Source of the DNA: Candidatus Heimdallarchaeota archaeon
Lineage (GTDB): Archaea; Asgardarchaeota; Heimdallarchaeia; Heimdallarchaeales; Heimdallarchaeaceae
Length of the DNA: 61,943 bases
NCBI GenBank assembly: GCA_019057375.1
Contig: DXJF01000159.1
Location: 1-61,943, forward strand
Direction of reading: 5' to 3'
The notes beneath the pieces were generated by a model. It searched no databases. It was not told where the DNA came from and saw nothing but the letters and a program-made list of their open reading frames with translations. The translations under genes and the position numbers were made by a program. Positions 57,667-61,943 of this stretch are shown piece by piece (position 1 is the stretch's first letter; every line of letters begins with the position of its first letter).

Positions 57667-58110
57667 ATGGAAGAACATCAAGAGCAATCTGATGTGATAG
57701 TTCACATAATTGATTATGATGATGTTCCTAGTCACCAATTTCCTTTCTTTGTTTCCTATAGAATGTTCTTTGATGAGCAAATTAAATGCTATGGGTTTTT
57801 CGTTGAAAAGGAGTTAGTTGCTGTAGCAGCTGTTATTCCTGATGAACCTGGTTATGAAGGTGGTTTTGTACCCGTAGGATGTCCAATAATCTATGTTTTT
57901 GAAGTAAGAGAGGACATGAGAAGAAAAGGTATGGGTTACAAATGTGCTCAAGAACTGATAAATAATGTCATAGAAGAAGATACAATCCAGCTTTGCTGCT
58001 CACCTTTTGTTCAACCATTTTGGTCAAAAGTAGGATTCGAAATAACGTTTTTCGATCAATCACTCTATATGAATAAAATGATTTTGAAAAAAGAAGAAAA
58101 GGAGAATTAA
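57667..58110 (+). CDS. GNAT family N-acetyltransferase
   Basis: FEVREDMRRKGMG, FWSKVGF. Confidence 0.8.
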   Translation: MEEHQEQSDVIVHIIDYDDVPSHQFPFFVSYRMFFDEQIKCYGFFVEKELVAVAAVIPDEPGYEGGFVPVGCPIIYVFEVREDMRRKGMGYKCAQELINNVIEEDTIQLCCSPFVQPFWSKVGFEITFFDQSLYMNKMILKKEEKEN

Positions 58111-58119
58111 GTTCTTTTC

Positions 58120-59643
58120 TTATTTTTTAGGACCAGAAGAAATTCTCTTTATAATCATACCTTCTAATAGGTATGGGTTAAGATTCATAGCTAAATTGAT
58201 AGCCTCAGTCAATCTTCCTTCACTATTTGAGTAAATGGTCATCACTATTTCATCCTTTTTACAAAAATCACCAATCTTCTTATGAAGATAAACTCCAGCT
58301 TCTTTATGTCTTGGTGCTCCAGCAGCTTTTGCTATTCTTTTTACAGCAGAATTTGCTAATTTTACAATGTATCCATCTTTAGGAGCTAAAATATCAGAAG
58401 TAAATTCACCAACAACTACTTCTTCTCCTGTAACTGTTGCATTTCCTCCTTGAACGCCTATAATCTCTTCCATTTTTGCCTTGGTTTTGCCTTTCATAAT
58501 ATAATCAGCTGCTAACGCAGCACCTTGCCCAGGTTGAGCAATACCAGCTAATTCAAAGAGAATTCCTGAAAGTTCACTACTTTTTTCAAATACACTTGTT
58601 GGTCCTTTACCCTCAATTACATCAAGAGCTTCTCTCGCTTCAAGAGCTGGACCTACAGCTTTTCCAAGAGGTTGTTCTCCATAGCTTAAAGCTGCTTCAA
58701 TTTGAATTCCAAGTCTTCTACCTAACTCTGTAGCTTCATGTGCATAGTCGACCGCATCTTCTTTGGTTGGCATTTTAGTTCCTATACCTGTAGGTATATC
58801 TAGAACCATATGATCCACACCAGTAGAAACTTTTTTACTAAAAATACTTGCAAGCATCTGACTGTGAGGATCTATACCTAATGGTTGTTCAACTTTATGA
58901 ATTACAATTTCATCTAAAGGTGACAAATCTAGTGTTCCACCCCAAACTAACATTCCTCTTGTTTTAGGTGCAATTTCTAAAATCTCATCTGCTGAAAAGT
59001 TTACATCACAAAGTACTTCCATTGTATCAGCGGTTCCAGAGGGGCTTGTTATTGCTCTAGAACTTGTTTTAGGAATAAGTAACCCTGCTGCTGCTACAGT
59101 TGGTACAATAACAAGACTCACTTTATTTCCTGGAATACCGCCTATTGAATGTTTGTCATAAACTGGTTCTTCAAAATTAAGTGTAGTACCATATTCAGCC
59201 ATAAAGGTTGTAAGATATTGAATCTCATCCATATTCAAACCGAGATAATATTGAGCGAGGGTAAACATGGATATTTCTAAGTCAGTATAATGCCCACTAC
59301 ATATATCATTAACAATTGAACGTATTTCTCCCTCTTTCCAGATACTTCCTTGCCTTTTATTCTTAACATGTTCAATCGATGCAGGTCTTCGACGAACAAA
59401 AACATTCACTTTTTTGTTTAATCCCACTTTTAATAGTTCAAGTGTTCCACTTTTTAATCCAACAAAACCTGGTTCAATCAGTTCTTCAGTGGCAATCACT
59501 TCGCACATAATTTCTCCGCTATCACTTTTAACTTTAACATTTGCAGAATGCTTTATTTTTAAATCATTGAGTGTTTCTGTATTTAAGAGAGCAAAATCTC
59601 TCTCTACTTTTAAATCAACTTTTTTAGTTTTTAATGTGGTCAT
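58120..59643 (-). CDS. deoA: AMP phosphorylase (archaeal thymidine phosphorylase family)
   Basis: DKHSIGGIPGNKVS, KTSSRAITSPSGTADTMEVL, GPALEARE; N-terminal barrel extension. Confidence 0.92.
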   Translation of the reverse strand: MTTLKTKKVDLKVERDFALLNTETLNDLKIKHSANVKVKSDSGEIMCEVIATEELIEPGFVGLKSGTLELLKVGLNKKVNVFVRRRPASIEHVKNKRQGSIWKEGEIRSIVNDICSGHYTDLEISMFTLAQYYLGLNMDEIQYLTTFMAEYGTTLNFEEPVYDKHSIGGIPGNKVSLVIVPTVAAAGLLIPKTSSRAITSPSGTADTMEVLCDVNFSADEILEIAPKTRGMLVWGGTLDLSPLDEIVIHKVEQPLGIDPHSQMLASIFSKKVSTGVDHMVLDIPTGIGTKMPTKEDAVDYAHEATELGRRLGIQIEAALSYGEQPLGKAVGPALEAREALDVIEGKGPTSVFEKSSELSGILFELAGIAQPGQGAALAADYIMKGKTKAKMEEIIGVQGGNATVTGEEVVVGEFTSDILAPKDGYIVKLANSAVKRIAKAAGAPRHKEAGVYLHKKIGDFCKKDEIVMTIYSNSEGRLTEAINLAMNLNPYLLEGMIIKRISSGPKK

Positions 59644-59807
59644 TAAAATCAACTCATGGTTATTTTACATTAAAATTCCATTATTTTTCTTTCGGAAGAA
59701 AAAAACTGTTAAGGAAACATATAACATTTTCGTTATCGGGTAAAATTGGATAAAAATGCTCTATTAACAATTTAAAAAAAACAAATTAAAAGAAAAGAAA
59801 AGGAAAC

Positions 59808-60776
59808 TTAATCCTTTTTTGCTATTTTTCTTGCTTCCAAATAGAGTTTTAATCTTTGGAAAGCACGTAACCTGATTGCTACAATTAATCCAACTGTAAT
59901 CAAAAGTATGGGAATCCATACTACCCAAGTTGTAATAGTATACGGCAGCCCCCACCCATGAAGCCGAATTAGAGACATGTTAACACCAGCAAAGTGTCCA
60001 GTTCCATTTATGAATGAAGCACTATAGTACATTCTATTAGACAAACCCGTATCTTTGTCATAAATTATCTCGATTTGAGTTATATTATTTATCTCGGAGA
60101 TAATTGTGTTAGTATATACTACAGTATCATCTTCTAGTACAGTCCACCGTGTTGTATTAATATAAGGTGATCTAGCTAAATAATCAGAAAAACTTGTTTC
60201 ATTATAGAAGAATGTTTGATTATAATGAGTTACTGCAAAATCAGTAAAGTTATAATTTTCCTCATAATAGTTTAAAAATGCTGGTGAGTTATAATATTCA
60301 TTAGTGAAGTTATCCCAGTGATCAATTCCAATTGGTTGTAAAAACTTGAAAACAGCTCGACCATGTTCGAAATCATTACTATATCTTGCCATTACATCGT
60401 TAACATAAATCAGGCACCAAGAATGTGGTTGATCTAATTGTAAAGATGGATCAGTACCAATAAGGAGGATTATTTTATCTCCTATCTTTATTTTCTTATC
60501 ACCTTCTGCAATATGGAAATTATCTGTTCTTTCTAATGTTTCAATTTTCCATTTGAATCTCCTACTTCCTTTAATATCTTCATGATATTCATACTGATAT
60601 AATTGTGACATATTGACAATTCCAGGAGCATTAATTGATTGCTCAATATCATTATTCAATTCATATTCATTATTCTGAATATGGTTATAGAGAGCTGAAG
60701 CAGTCCACATATTGATAGAAGAAGAACTTAGAATTATGAGAACAGTAAATAAACCTACGAATCTGCCCAATTTCAT
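59808..60776 (-). CDS. Secreted hypothetical protein with C-terminal TM anchor
   Basis: Signal peptide, many N-x-S/T sequons, C-terminal TM and basic tail. Confidence 0.75.
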   Translation of the reverse strand: MKLGRFVGLFTVLIILSSSSINMWTASALYNHIQNNEYELNNDIEQSINAPGIVNMSQLYQYEYHEDIKGSRRFKWKIETLERTDNFHIAEGDKKIKIGDKIILLIGTDPSLQLDQPHSWCLIYVNDVMARYSNDFEHGRAVFKFLQPIGIDHWDNFTNEYYNSPAFLNYYEENYNFTDFAVTHYNQTFFYNETSFSDYLARSPYINTTRWTVLEDDTVVYTNTIISEINNITQIEIIYDKDTGLSNRMYYSASFINGTGHFAGVNMSLIRLHGWGLPYTITTWVVWIPILLITVGLIVAIRLRAFQRLKLYLEARKIAKKD

Positions 60777-60877
60777 AAATATCCCTTTTTCTACTAGTAT
60801 ATTTGTTTTACCGTTGAATAAGACACATTATTAACTTTATTGGTTAAACCTATGGAATGAATTATTAGAGCAAATAA

Positions 60878-61597
60878 TCAGGGTTTAACTGTGAAATATA
60901 ATCTCTTCTTGTCCTTTCCCCTATTTTCAGTTTTCAGAGGAACAAATGAACCTATTTCCTTAGTACTATTAACATGAACTCCTCCATCAGCTTGGCGATC
61001 AATATTTTCTATATCTACGATTCGTAAAATCTTCACACTCTCAGGAATGAGATTAACTTTTGTTCTAATTAAATCTGGATCTTTCAGAGCTTCTTCTCGC
61101 TCTAAGAATGATACAGATACTTTATGATCACCCTCTATTATCTTCTTCACCGTAGTTTCAATTTCTTGAATTCGTTCTTGTCTTAAATGATCAATATCAA
61201 AATCTACTCTACTCTTCTCAGGAGTAATATTACCTCCTGTAACAGCAGTACCATATTTCTTGTACAGAATGCTAGAAATTGAGTGTAAGACTGTATGTAA
61301 CCTCATCTGTTTGTATCTTCTTTCCCAATCTAAAATGCCCTTTACTGATGTTCCTCTATATTTGCTATCTGGATTTGATGAAAGCTTGTGATAAATCTTC
61401 CCACCTTTGGAAGTAACTTCAATAACATCCAGTTGCGTTCCATCATTAAATGATAAAGTTCCAAGATCTGAAGTCAAACCCCCACCTTTTGGAGCAAAGG
61501 CTGTTTTATCTAATATTACTGAATCCTCGATGATTTCAATGATTTTTGCTTCAAATTCTTTTAGATAAGAATCTTGTTGGAAAAGTAATTCTGTCAT
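60878..61597 (-). CDS. alaXM: AlaX-M type alanyl/seryl-tRNA editing protein
   Basis: LDKTAF.P.GGG...D.G, MRLHTVLH, ADGGVHV, RLYF. Confidence 0.9.
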   Translation of the reverse strand: MTELLFQQDSYLKEFEAKIIEIIEDSVILDKTAFAPKGGGLTSDLGTLSFNDGTQLDVIEVTSKGGKIYHKLSSNPDSKYRGTSVKGILDWERRYKQMRLHTVLHSISSILYKKYGTAVTGGNITPEKSRVDFDIDHLRQERIQEIETTVKKIIEGDHKVSVSFLEREEALKDPDLIRTKVNLIPESVKILRIVDIENIDRQADGGVHVNSTKEIGSFVPLKTENRGKDKKRLYFTVKP

Positions 61598-61651
61598 GAA
61601 TCAAATAAAATTCAGAGAAATTAAAAATGTTATGAATGGGAATTTAAAGAT

Positions 61652-61943
61652 TTAATCTTCAATTACTGAAACTTTGGTCATTGTATCTACATCTATCAAT
61701 CCTTGGTCTGTAATTTTTAAATGTGGAATTACTGGTAAGGATACGAAGGCTAGTGCCATAAATGGCTCAGAAATTGTTGTTTTCAAATCTTCTAAAGATT
61801 CGTGCAACTGTTGTGTCTTTGAAACAACTTCCTCAAAAGGCTTGGTACTCATTATTCCAGCAAATTCTAGAGGAAGAATAGTAATTTTTTCCTTAAAGAC
61901 AACCACTTGTCCACCCTTTGATTCTTTAATAGCTTCAATAGCT
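61652..61943 (-). CDS. ade: Adenine deaminase, C-terminal part (gene continues beyond the window)
   Basis: GGQVVV, LPLEFAGIMS, PFMALAFVSLPVIPHLKITDQGL. Confidence 0.88.
   Translation of the reverse strand, partial: AIEAIKESKGGQVVVFKEKITILPLEFAGIMSTKPFEEVVSKTQQLHESLEDLKTTISEPFMALAFVSLPVIPHLKITDQGLIDVDTMTKVSVIED

Overview
A low-GC (about 30% by eye, not computed), gene-dense archaeal chromosomal segment of about 60 genes. It carries orc1/cdc6, AMP phosphorylase, AlaX, a BHB-intron tRNA-Pro(GGG) and surface proteins with CTERM-like anchors. The style and content suggest an Asgard archaeon, possibly Heimdallarchaeia (inference). Most genes are single-domain accessory enzymes: hydrolases, GNATs, oxidoreductases and transporters. 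There are no integrases, transposases or cas genes. Three genes within 6.7 kb (33.3-40.0 kb) resemble eukaryotic protein/lipid acylation enzymes: a full-length N-myristoyltransferase (NMT)-like tandem GNAT, a Cwh43/PGAP2IP-like membrane EEP protein and a SIRT6-type (class IV) sirtuin. Two DegV fatty-acid-binding proteins lie upstream, one flanked by alpha/beta hydrolases. Together these suggest a candidate archaeal protein fatty-acylation write/erase system (hypothesis). There is also an orphan CRISPR-like mini-array (2 x 37-nt repeats), a PadR-type operator palindrome, a truncated MBL-hydrolase remnant and a tRNA intron that duplicates the adjacent exon sequence. All family assignments come from motif reading, and comparisons with human or yeast proteins are from memory. 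No searches were run.
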